Positions 24,596-33,180 of a stretch of DNA of 33,235 bases are shown here, in pieces; positions within the stretch are counted from its first letter, which is position 1, and each line of letters begins with the position of its first letter. The position numbers and the translations under genes were made by a program. Source of the stretch: an uncultured Candidatus Saccharibacteria bacterium (GTDB taxonomy: Bacteria > Patescibacteriota > Saccharimonadia > Saccharimonadales > CAYGIR01); NCBI GenBank assembly GCA_964349985.1, contig CAYGIR010000002.1:1-33235 (forward strand), in the 5' to 3' direction. A model generated the notes under the pieces. The model was not told the DNA's origin. It saw only the letters and a list, made by a program, of their open reading frames with translations, and made no database searches.

Positions 24596-27500
24596 TTAAT
24601 CGTCTACGCGAATTTCTTGGTCAAGATCATGCGTAGGATGATAGCCTGTGCCTACGGGTATACGACGACCCAAAATGACATTTTCCTTAAGCCCGTATAG
24701 TTTGTCAGTTTTACCACTGGTAGCAGCAGCAATCAATACTCGAGTAGTGTCTTGGAATGACGCGGCACTTAAAAAGGAATCAGTAGACAAGCTGGCTTTG
24801 GTGATACCCAATAGTAACTGAGTTACCTTGGCTGGCTGTTTATTAGCGGCGACCAGGTTATCGTTGGCGTCTACTACTGCCAACTTGCTGACTATATCAC
24901 CAGTAACAAACTCACTATCGCCCGCTTCTTCTATTTGTACTCGGCTAAACATCTGCCTAACGATCAGCTCAAGATGCTTGTCAGCAATATTTTGTCCCTG
25001 ACCTGCGAATATCCGCAGGATTTCGTTCATTATGTACCGTTGAGTAGCTTCTACTCCCTGCAAACGCATCAAATCATGAAGATTAATGGAGCCGTTAGTC
25101 AATCGTTGACCAGCAACAATTTGATCACCATCCTTTACATATAGTTGTTTGAAACCAGGTATCTCATAGCGGATTAGGCTCTTGCTACTCGGGACTATTA
25201 TGATGTGTTTCGCGGTTATTTCGGCCTTACCAGCCATTGGGGCAATAAGCGGTTTACTGTTATCATCTTCGGCGGCCAATACATCGCCAATCGCAACTTC
25301 TGATCCACTGGCAATATGTGGCTTGCGTCCTTTTAGTGGTAACTCGACTTTTTCGTCTTTATCAGCGGTAACCTGGATAACATAGTGTTGGCCTTCCTCA
25401 AAGGCAGACACGGTACCGGAGATATCAGATAGGTAGGCTTGACCTTTTGGCGTACGAACCTCAAATAATTCCTCAACACGCGATAGTCCTTGCGCCGTAT
25501 CATCCGCAACTACAGCCCCAGATCGGTGCTTGGAGTCAAGGGATAGCTGCGTACCAGGCTCACCAATAGATTGCGCGGCAATAACACCAATCGGATGATG
25601 CGCCACAACCAGATTACCAGTAGCTGGATCAACACCATAAGATTTTTGGGGTACACCACGGACAGAAGTACATGACAACGCGCTCATAATACGCACACCG
25701 TCAATATTCGCATCGGCGTCAATTTTTTCAGCCATTTCTTTAGAAATCTGCTCGCCGATTTTTAGATACCCCTTCAAAGTCTGGGCTACAAAACGACCCT
25801 GCAAGCGTGAAGCATAACTGACACCAATTTCGGCGGCATCAGATCGTAGCATGCCAAACCCAGGATCGGTGTCATCGTCATCAATCGTAAATACATCCTG
25901 ACCAACATCAACTAAACGACGTGTCAGATATCCCGCGTCAGCAGTCTTAAGGGCAATATCAATCAAAGCTTTGCGGGTTCCACGAGTACCAGTAAAGTAT
26001 TCCAAAGGAGTTAGCCCCTTAACATAACCAGACTTGATAGGTAACTCGATAGCTCGACCTGTCGCATCTGAAAATACGCCTAGCATACCGACTGACATTT
26101 TCATTTGCGATATATTACCACGTGCGCCAGAAGTAATCGCTATAGCCATGGATGATTCAAATCCCTCCATTTGTTTGGCAAGCAAATCTTGAACATGCGC
26201 GTCTATTTTGGTCCATGTTTCAACAGTCAGGCGATACCGCTCTTCTTCCGTAATGAAACCTTGTTCAAATTGTTCGCTAATCGCGGTTGCTCTTAGTTCA
26301 CCATCTTCCAACACTTTGACCATGCCTTTGACTTCCGCAAAATCTCCCATACCCATCGATAGACCCGATCGAGTAGCCCACTCAAAACCAATATCTTTCA
26401 AATCGTCAGCTATTTCAGCCGTTTTATCTTGGCCGTACTTCTGGTAAATCTGCGCCATTACGCTAGTGAGTTTCTTTTTGGTCATCGCTTCGTCTTGAAA
26501 TTCAAAATCCTCTGGAAAAATCTCGTTGAACAATAAACGACCAAAAGTTGTTTGACGCACCTCGCCACGGAAAGGTACACGGACATGAGTCTGCAAGCTT
26601 ATAACACCAGCGTCTCTTGCCATTATTGCTTCTTCCAAGCTTACGAAAGCTTTCAGAGCCGTAGTATTATCGGACCGTTCATAGGTCAAATAATAACAAC
26701 CTAAGACAATATCTTGCTCGATATGCAAAATTGGAGATCCATCGGCTGGCTTTAGCAAGTTTTTGTTGCTTGCCATGATATCCCGCGCTTCGGCCTGAGC
26801 AGCGTCGCTAAGCGGCAAGTGAACGGCCATTTGATCACCATCAAAGTCAGCATTGAAACCTTTACATACAAGTGGATGTAATTGTATCGCACGGCCCTCA
26901 ATCAAAACTGGCTGAAACGCCTGAATCGATAAACGGTGAAGTGAAGGAGCTCGATTTAATAGTACATATTTACCCCTGATAACATCGTCCAAAGCGTCCC
27001 ATACGGCTGTTTCACCGGTCTCAATCATGCGCGTCGCGGAACGAATATTGTGGGCGTATTCATTAGAAATCAACCAACCTATCACAAAGGGCTTGAAGAG
27101 CTCTAGCGCCATCGTCTTTGGCAACCCACACTGATACATCTTCAGCTCTGGCCCAGCCACAATTACTGAACGACCAGAATAATCAACTCGTTTGCCAAGC
27201 AAGTTTTGTCGAAAACGACCCTGCTTACCCTTCAGCATGTCGCTGAGAGACTTCAATCGTCGTCGCTGACCCGTTGCTGCGACGGCACGACCGCTGCGGG
27301 CATTATTATTGTCAATAAGCGCATCAACAGCTTCTTGCAACATACGCTGTTCATTCCTACAAATAACTTCTGGGGCATTGAGATCAATTAGCTTTTTTAA
27401 ACGATTATTACGGTTGATCACTCTACGATAAAGGTCATTAAGATCGCTAGTCGCGAAACGACCACCCGTCAATTGAACCATTGGGCGTAGATCTGGAGGG

Positions 27501-28402
27501 ATCACAGGTAGCACAGAGACGCACATACTACTGGGCTTAATGCCGGCACGATGCATGCTTTCGAGCAAACGTAGTCGTTTCATAATTTTCTTCTTACGTT
27601 GCCCTTTGGATTCTTCAGCTTCCTGCGTAAGTTCCGCGATCAAATCTTCAAGCTTGATCTCAGCCAAAAGATCTTTTAGAGTAGAGCCGCCCATGCCAAC
27701 CGTGATTAGTTCTCGTAAATTATCTGGCAAGTTTCGGTAATCAGTCTCACTAATCAAATTTAGTTTTACTAAGCTAGTCAATTGAGATTTAAACGCGTCG
27801 AACTCTTCTTGGACTTCTTCCAACTCTTTAGTTTGCAACTCAGCCAAAGCCTTTAGATTCGCACTTTCCGCTTGAGCTTCGGCTTCGTATCGCGATTTGA
27901 CGGCTTCTTTTGCGGCGGCAAATTCGGCTTCTTTATCGGCTAAATACTGATCACGTTGTTTAGCGTCAACGCTTTTGATTATATAGCTAGCAAAGTATGC
28001 GATCCGCTCGAGATTTTTGACAGTCATACCTAATAGTAAACCTATAGCGCTCGGTGTTCCTCGCAAGAACCAAATATGCGCCACTGGGCTAGCAAGAGTT
28101 ATATGAGCCATACGCTCACGACGTACTATTGACTTAGTCACGATCTCACCATTTTTGTCGACAGCAGCCTCTCTTGAGCGAACGCCTTTATATTTGGCAT
28201 CGTGTGGATTAACATCTTTTACCGGGCCAAAGATTCTCTCACAAAATAATCCATCACGTTCTGGTTTTTGAGTTCTATAATTAATTGTCTCTGGTTTAGT
28301 AACTTCGCCGTAACTCCATTCCAGAATATCCTCTGGGCTGGCAACTGCAAGACGTACCGCGTCAAAATCAGCGATATCAGTCCCTGATGAATATTTTTTC
28401 AT
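24596..28402 (-). CDS. rpoC: DNA-directed RNA polymerase subunit beta prime
   Basis: 1268 aa from the ATG at 28402, with GGAGGAG 7 nt upstream. NADFDGDQMAVH catalytic motif. The track start at 28444 is a GTG 14 codons upstream of the SD. Confidence 0.98.
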   Translation of the reverse strand: MKKYSSGTDIADFDAVRLAVASPEDILEWSYGEVTKPETINYRTQKPERDGLFCERIFGPVKDVNPHDAKYKGVRSREAAVDKNGEIVTKSIVRRERMAHITLASPVAHIWFLRGTPSAIGLLLGMTVKNLERIAYFASYIIKSVDAKQRDQYLADKEAEFAAAKEAVKSRYEAEAQAESANLKALAELQTKELEEVQEEFDAFKSQLTSLVKLNLISETDYRNLPDNLRELITVGMGGSTLKDLLAEIKLEDLIAELTQEAEESKGQRKKKIMKRLRLLESMHRAGIKPSSMCVSVLPVIPPDLRPMVQLTGGRFATSDLNDLYRRVINRNNRLKKLIDLNAPEVICRNEQRMLQEAVDALIDNNNARSGRAVAATGQRRRLKSLSDMLKGKQGRFRQNLLGKRVDYSGRSVIVAGPELKMYQCGLPKTMALELFKPFVIGWLISNEYAHNIRSATRMIETGETAVWDALDDVIRGKYVLLNRAPSLHRLSIQAFQPVLIEGRAIQLHPLVCKGFNADFDGDQMAVHLPLSDAAQAEARDIMASNKNLLKPADGSPILHIEQDIVLGCYYLTYERSDNTTALKAFVSLEEAIMARDAGVISLQTHVRVPFRGEVRQTTFGRLLFNEIFPEDFEFQDEAMTKKKLTSVMAQIYQKYGQDKTAEIADDLKDIGFEWATRSGLSMGMGDFAEVKGMVKVLEDGELRATAISEQFEQGFITEEERYRLTVETWTKIDAHVQDLLAKQMEGFESSMAIAITSGARGNISQMKMSVGMLGVFSDATGRAIELPIKSGYVKGLTPLEYFTGTRGTRKALIDIALKTADAGYLTRRLVDVGQDVFTIDDDDTDPGFGMLRSDAAEIGVSYASRLQGRFVAQTLKGYLKIGEQISKEMAEKIDADANIDGVRIMSALSCTSVRGVPQKSYGVDPATGNLVVAHHPIGVIAAQSIGEPGTQLSLDSKHRSGAVVADDTAQGLSRVEELFEVRTPKGQAYLSDISGTVSAFEEGQHYVIQVTADKDEKVELPLKGRKPHIASGSEVAIGDVLAAEDDNSKPLIAPMAGKAEITAKHIIIVPSSKSLIRYEIPGFKQLYVKDGDQIVAGQRLTNGSINLHDLMRLQGVEATQRYIMNEILRIFAGQGQNIADKHLELIVRQMFSRVQIEEAGDSEFVTGDIVSKLAVVDANDNLVAANKQPAKVTQLLLGITKASLSTDSFLSAASFQDTTRVLIAAATSGKTDKLYGLKENVILGRRIPVGTGYHPTHDLDQEIRVDD

Positions 28403-28515
28403 AACTTGACTCCTCCAGTTGCGTTTGTGAATAGTATAGAACACGTAGTGAGCATAGAATGTGCTCTTTGCTCACCATCATGCGTAACTTCTTGAGACAT
28501 ACTGAAATATAACAT
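28399..28515 (-). CDS. intercistronic relay sORF, 38 aa (rpoB stop to rpoC start)
   Basis: ATG shares a base with the rpoB TAA (TAATG), with GAGGAGGA in the last rpoB codons 6 nt upstream. Peptide MLYFSMSQEVTHDGEQRAHSMLTTCSILFTNATGGVKL. ATGA overlap with the rpoC start. Confidence 0.5.
   Translation of the reverse strand: MLYFSMSQEVTHDGEQRAHSMLTTCSILFTNATGGVKL
28460..28473 (-). repeat. two-unit heptamer (GAGCAAA GAGCACA)
   Basis: Same unit family as the arrays at 11003, 12633 and 14154. Embedded in the hairpin GTGAGCA...TGCTCAC. Confidence 0.6.
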
Positions 28516-31500
28516 TATGCATCCTCCTCTACAGCGTCATCATCCGAAGCAATCGCCACGGGTGTATCATCATCTTGTGCCAAGCTTGTATCATCAACGA
28601 TTGTAGTAGTCTTAGTAGTAGCGGGCATATCATCGTCCAGTTCCATAACCACAAACTCTTCAACCGAAGCGGATTCAATCATGTCAATTTCTGAAATACT
28701 TGGAGCGGGCACTTCAATTTCGGAGGGATGGTTTGCTTCGTCTTTAATGTTCTCCGCTAATACCGATTCAGCATCAATCAATTTACTTTGTGCTACCATG
28801 TCAATTTTTAGACCAAGCCCCTGCAATTCTTTTACAAGTACATTGAAGCTTTCAGGAACCTTCGGTCCAACGATTTCTGTACCCTTAATGATTGCTTCAT
28901 AGGCTTTGGATCGTCCGTAAACATCATCAGACTTGATGGTAAGCATCTCCTGCAAAGTATTGGATGCGCCATAAGCTTCTAACGCCCAGACTTCCATCTC
29001 GCCAAATCTCTGACCACCGTTCTGTGCTTTTCCGCCCAGGGGTTGTTGAGTAACCATAGTATACGGACCAGTGGATCGAGCGTGGATTTTGTCAGCAATC
29101 ATGTGATTTAGCTTAATCATATACATAGAACCTACGGTCGTAAGTTCGCTATACGCTTCACCAGTGCGTCCATCATACATTTGCTGCTTACCATCCTCTG
29201 GGAATCCTGCTTTTTTCAGCAATTCACGTATTTTATCGGGGCTAACTCCGTCAAATGCTGGACTAGCAATAGTCAAACCCAATGCCCGTGCGGCCATACC
29301 CAGATGTGTTTCAAATAACTGTCCAATGTTCATACGAGATGGCACGCCCAGCGGATTCAAAATTATATCAACTGGCGTACCGTCGGCCATAAATGGCATA
29401 TCTTCTTGGGGTAGAATTCTAGCAATCACACCCTTGTTACCATGACGCCCGCCGAGTTTATCCCCAACACTAATTTTGCGCATCTGGGCTACGAAAACTT
29501 GAATTTGCATCAAAACTCCAGCTTTTAACTCGTGACCATTTGCCCTAGAAAAAATCTTGATACCAACGACCTTACCGTGTTTGCCATTACTCATGCGCTG
29601 TGAAGTATCCCTAACTTCTTTGGCCTTTTCACCAAAAATTGCTCTGAGCAAACGCTCTTCGCTAGACAATTCTTGTTCACCCTTGGGTGTGATTTTCCCA
29701 ACAAGAATATCGCCTGGATGAACCTCGGCACCAATTCTCACAATTCCATCCTCATCAAGATGACGCAAAGCATCCTCTGATACATTAGGAATATCACGGG
29801 TTACGATCTCTGGACCAAGCTTAGTTTCACGCACCTCTACCATATAGTCAACGATGTGTATTGAAGTCAAAGTATCGTTTTCTACGAGCTTACGACTAAT
29901 AATAATCGCATCCTCAAAGTTATACCCGCTCCATGGCATGAATGCGACAATCAGATCTTTGCCCAAGGCAAGCTCACCACCAGAAATAGACATACCTTCT
30001 ACCAGCGCGTCACCCGCTTCAACCCTATCACCCGTATTTACTACAACCTTTTGATTAATACTCGTACCTTCATTACTACGTATAAAGTGCAAAGGATTGT
30101 ATGTTACATTACCAGATTTGTATTTCACTATAACTTCCTCGGCAGCGGCTTTGACAACCTCACCATCATCTTCGGCAACAATCAATTGACCTGTATTAAG
30201 GGCCGCTGAGGCTTCCATACCGGTACCAATGATTGGGGCCTGTGGTTGCACCAGAGGCACGGCTTGTCGTTGCTGGTTACTACCCATCAACGAGCGATAT
30301 ACGTAGTTTTTCTCGATAAATGGTATTAGCCCCGCGCTAGAACCAATAATTTGCTTACGACTGGCATCCATATATGTCACATCATCGGCATCGGCCTCAC
30401 TAGCCATAAGGTCCTTGCGAACACTGACGCGCTCTTGAACAAAATACCCATTCTCATCAATCTCTTCTCCAGCACTAGCAATGACAGCGTGTTCTTCCTC
30501 GCTGGCGTCCAAATATACCACCTCACTAGTTACACGCGCCTTTACAGGCCAAGTTATTTGTGTTGTAACCGATGCTAGTTTTTTAGCGGTTTCGGAAGTA
30601 ATTGTGCTACCCTTCTTAACTATCACTTTGCCTTTATCATCTTCCAAATTCACAGCAGCGATATGGCCTACCGCATCCTTTGCCATAACGGCGTTAATGA
30701 CCCTACGATAAGGTGTCTCAATAAATCCATAATCATTGATACGAGCGTACGATGCCAAGTTTAACACCAAGCCAATATTCGCTCCCTCGGGCGTTTCTAC
30801 GGCACAAATGCGACCATAATGAGTAGCGTGGGCATCACGGACCTCAAATCCAGCTCGTTCACGGCTCAAACCACCTGGGCCCATAGAGCTTAAACGACGT
30901 TTGTGCGCCAGTTCTGATAGTGGGTTAATCTGGTCCATAAACTGGGACAGTTGAGAGCTGGCAAAAAACTCGCGGACAGCGGCGACAATTGGTCTAGCAT
31001 TGATAAGCTGACCTGGTGTAACCGTTTCTATTTCACTCATACTCATGCGGTCTTTAGTATTACGCTCCATCCTAAGTAAACCAATCCTAAATTGTCGCTG
31101 TACCAACTCGCCAACCAATTTAACTCGTCGATTTGCCAGACTATCGATATCATCGACTGGGTCTTGAACATTGTTTAACCGAATAATCTCAGCGATAATA
31201 GCAACCAAATCTTCCAACCGCATTATTCGATTCTCGGCAATATTAGGTATATCTAAATTAAGTCGTTTATTGATCTTGTAACGACCAACTCGTGAAAAAT
31301 CAAAACGCTTAAAGTTATAAAACATGTTCTCAATCAAGCCACGAGCATTATCTACTGTTGCCAAGTCACCTGGTCGTAGACGACGATAAACTTCAATCAA
31401 AGCTTCATTTGTACCCTTGGTTGAATCTTTTTCTAAGGTCAGATCGATATAACTGGTCTTACCTTGATCAACGTGTTTGAAAGCTTCTTTCATGTGAGGT

Positions 31501-32111
31501 TCGGTCATACCTAGCGCCCGAAGAAGTGTCGTAACAGCCATTTTGCGTTTACGATCAATCTTTACAAACAATGCTCCGCTAGCTGCCGTTTCGAATTCTA
31601 ACCAGGCACCCCGTCCTGGTATGACCTTAGCACCGTAATGATTCTGTGTACCATGCATGTCCGCGGTAAAAAATACTCCAGCAGACCGTATGAGTTGCGA
31701 TACAACTACGCGCTCAGCACCATTGATAACAAATGTTCCTCTAGTAGTCATCCAAGGGTAATCACCAAGATAAATTTCCTGCTCTTTAACTTCACCAGTG
31801 ACTTTATTGGTTAATTCAACGGTTGCCTTTAGGGGAGCGTCAAAGCTAACATTGTTTTCGCGCGCTGCGGCTTCTGTTATCTTAGGTGCCTCAAATCTGT
31901 AGCCCTTGAAACTGAGTGATAATTTAGTACCAGTATAATCATCAATCGGACTGATTTCGGCCAGTAATTCACCTAAGCCTTCTTCTACAAACCATTGAAA
32001 TGACCGATTTTGATGATCGATTAGATTGGGTAGATCTAATGCATCGTCACTAGTTGTGTAGTATATACGTTTTTGTTTCGTTGGCATGAGGTTGCTAGTG
32101 CTTTTTACCAT
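28515..32111 (-). CDS. rpoB: DNA-directed RNA polymerase subunit beta
   Basis: 1198 aa. Conserved beta blocks (GRHGNKGV, NPLGVPSRMNIGQ, MIKLNHMIADKIHARSTGPY). Strongly acidic ~60 aa C-terminal tail. Confidence 0.98.
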   Translation of the reverse strand: MVKSTSNLMPTKQKRIYYTTSDDALDLPNLIDHQNRSFQWFVEEGLGELLAEISPIDDYTGTKLSLSFKGYRFEAPKITEAAARENNVSFDAPLKATVELTNKVTGEVKEQEIYLGDYPWMTTRGTFVINGAERVVVSQLIRSAGVFFTADMHGTQNHYGAKVIPGRGAWLEFETAASGALFVKIDRKRKMAVTTLLRALGMTEPHMKEAFKHVDQGKTSYIDLTLEKDSTKGTNEALIEVYRRLRPGDLATVDNARGLIENMFYNFKRFDFSRVGRYKINKRLNLDIPNIAENRIMRLEDLVAIIAEIIRLNNVQDPVDDIDSLANRRVKLVGELVQRQFRIGLLRMERNTKDRMSMSEIETVTPGQLINARPIVAAVREFFASSQLSQFMDQINPLSELAHKRRLSSMGPGGLSRERAGFEVRDAHATHYGRICAVETPEGANIGLVLNLASYARINDYGFIETPYRRVINAVMAKDAVGHIAAVNLEDDKGKVIVKKGSTITSETAKKLASVTTQITWPVKARVTSEVVYLDASEEEHAVIASAGEEIDENGYFVQERVSVRKDLMASEADADDVTYMDASRKQIIGSSAGLIPFIEKNYVYRSLMGSNQQRQAVPLVQPQAPIIGTGMEASAALNTGQLIVAEDDGEVVKAAAEEVIVKYKSGNVTYNPLHFIRSNEGTSINQKVVVNTGDRVEAGDALVEGMSISGGELALGKDLIVAFMPWSGYNFEDAIIISRKLVENDTLTSIHIVDYMVEVRETKLGPEIVTRDIPNVSEDALRHLDEDGIVRIGAEVHPGDILVGKITPKGEQELSSEERLLRAIFGEKAKEVRDTSQRMSNGKHGKVVGIKIFSRANGHELKAGVLMQIQVFVAQMRKISVGDKLGGRHGNKGVIARILPQEDMPFMADGTPVDIILNPLGVPSRMNIGQLFETHLGMAARALGLTIASPAFDGVSPDKIRELLKKAGFPEDGKQQMYDGRTGEAYSELTTVGSMYMIKLNHMIADKIHARSTGPYTMVTQQPLGGKAQNGGQRFGEMEVWALEAYGASNTLQEMLTIKSDDVYGRSKAYEAIIKGTEIVGPKVPESFNVLVKELQGLGLKIDMVAQSKLIDAESVLAENIKDEANHPSEIEVPAPSISEIDMIESASVEEFVVMELDDDMPATTKTTTIVDDTSLAQDDDTPVAIASDDDAVEEDA

Positions 32112-32316
32112 AAAATAAAAATACTCCTGGTTATTGATTAGTAATGTTCAATTATAGTCAGGACTACGTTATGTTTGCGCTATCTCCAGCTAATAATAAC
32201 GATTGCCGACCTCTAATTGTTGTAGTTTTGCGCGCGAAGATTACTATCCGAGGGTTTTTGGGTGACTCTTTAGACAAAAACGAACACCGCCCAGAATACA
32301 CTACTTCTTGATATAT

Positions 32317-32345
32317 AGAGTACAGACGTTAAGCGCGAGAGTCAA
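32317..32345 (-). promoter_or_regulatory. candidate promoter for rpoB
   Basis: Minus strand TTGACT-N17-TACTCT starts 14 nt after the clpP stop and implies a ~200-nt leader. A second perfect TATAAT at 32151-32156 has a poor -35. Confidence 0.35.
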
Positions 32346-32358
32346 GAATTTAATTTAT

Positions 32359-32952
32359 CTACGCCTTGGGTGGGCTGGTTATAACTTTATCTACTACGCC
32401 GTATTTTTGCGCCTCTATGGCAGTCATCCAATAGTCGCGTTCCATGTCAATATGAACACGATCTGGCTTTTGACCGGTGTTTCTGACCATAATTTCTTCC
32501 AGCATTTTTTTGACTCGCAGAGATTCTTTGAGGTCTATTTCCTGGTCTGTTACCTTACCACGAGTTCCAGAGGACGGCTGGTGTATCATGACCGTAGAAT
32601 GGGGTAACAAAAATCGCTTTCCCTTAGTGCCAGAACTCAATAGAAACGCCGCCGCCGATGCCTGCACACCGATACCGACAGTTTGAATATCGTTTTTTAC
32701 GTACTGCATTGTGTCATATATAGCCATAGCGTCATAAACACTGCCACCAGGACTGTTTATATAAAAATATATGTCTTTCTTGGCATCCTCGGATTGCAGG
32801 AACAATAGTTGAGCAACAATTATGTTGGCACTAGCTTCATTAACATCAGTCCCCAAAAATATAATCCGATCTTTCAAAAGCCGTGAATAAATATCATAGG
32901 CTCTTTCATATCGCCCTTCACTCTCTATCACTGTCGGTACTAAAACACTCAT
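32359..32952 (-). CDS. clpP: ATP-dependent Clp protease proteolytic subunit
   Basis: 197 aa. [16 protein letters not shown] and MIHQP motifs. The Ser-His-Asp triad is alignable ([21 protein letters not shown]). AGGAGG lies 5 nt upstream of the ATG. Confidence 0.97.
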   Translation of the reverse strand: MSVLVPTVIESEGRYERAYDIYSRLLKDRIIFLGTDVNEASANIIVAQLLFLQSEDAKKDIYFYINSPGGSVYDAMAIYDTMQYVKNDIQTVGIGVQASAAAFLLSSGTKGKRFLLPHSTVMIHQPSSGTRGKVTDQEIDLKESLRVKKMLEEIMVRNTGQKPDRVHIDMERDYWMTAIEAQKYGVVDKVITSPPKA

Positions 32953-32979
32953 ACATTCCTCCTGTTATTAGCCACCACC

Positions 32980-33008
32980 AGTGTATACAATTAGCACTCG
33001 CTGGTCAA
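32980..33008 (-). promoter_or_regulatory. candidate clpP promoter
   Basis: Minus strand TTGACC-N17-TACACT, about 28 nt upstream of the clpP ATG and overlapping the CIRCE element. Confidence 0.5.
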
Positions 33009-33017
33009 GAGTGCTAA
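32991..33017. promoter_or_regulatory. CIRCE operator (HrcA-binding inverted repeat)
   Basis: TTAGCACTC-gctggtcaa-GAGTGCTAA matches the TTAGCACTC-N9-GAGTGCTAA consensus at 18 of 18 arm positions. Confidence 0.8.
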
Positions 33018-33054
33018 TGTATGTGCTAATGAGTGGTGCTAGCAGGGTGTAGAT
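33000..33054. repeat. 55-bp direct repeat, copy 1
   Basis: Identical base-for-base to 33181-33235. Contains the CIRCE spacer, the right arm, and further GTGCTAA and GTGCTAG half-site-like motifs. Confidence 0.95.
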
Positions 33055-33076
33055 TGGATATATTTTTGAAGCCCTG

Positions 33077-33106
33077 AGCCAGTTGTAGTTGTAGCTACAA
33101 CTGGCT
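33077..33106. other. perfect 12-bp inverted repeat with 6-nt loop
   Basis: agccagttgtag-ttgtag-ctacaactggct. No flanking U-run on either strand. Confidence 0.7.
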
Positions 33107-33180
33107 GGACTGGAAAAAATAGATTCAATCGGCGCCCTGATAGGATCATTCAATAGTACATACGTACGTATTCTTGACCT

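Noticed and set aside
1667-28515. Alternative genetic code (stop-codon reassignment) as an explanation for the open spacers
   Set aside because: TAA, TAG and TGA each terminate conserved proteins at their expected C-termini: TGA ends rplR, rpmC, rpsC, rplW and secY; TAG ends rpsI, rpsH and infA. The sORFs are in different frames from the upstream genes, so they are not read-through extensions.
32600-32680. Apparent displacement of the ClpP catalytic serine (QASAAA instead of QAASMG)
   Set aside because: Aligning from the conserved AFLL that follows places the Ser at the catalytic position. The His (MIHQP) and Asp (MERDYW) are also present, so the protease looks active.
33001-33010. CtsR box in the CIRCE spacer (GGTCAAG)
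   Set aside because: Only one heptad resembles the GGTCAAA unit and there is no properly spaced direct second heptad. In copy 2 the heptads are inverted, not direct.
33077-33106. 12-bp hairpin as an intrinsic terminator
   Set aside because: There is no U-run after the stem on either strand. It is kept only as an unexplained palindrome.
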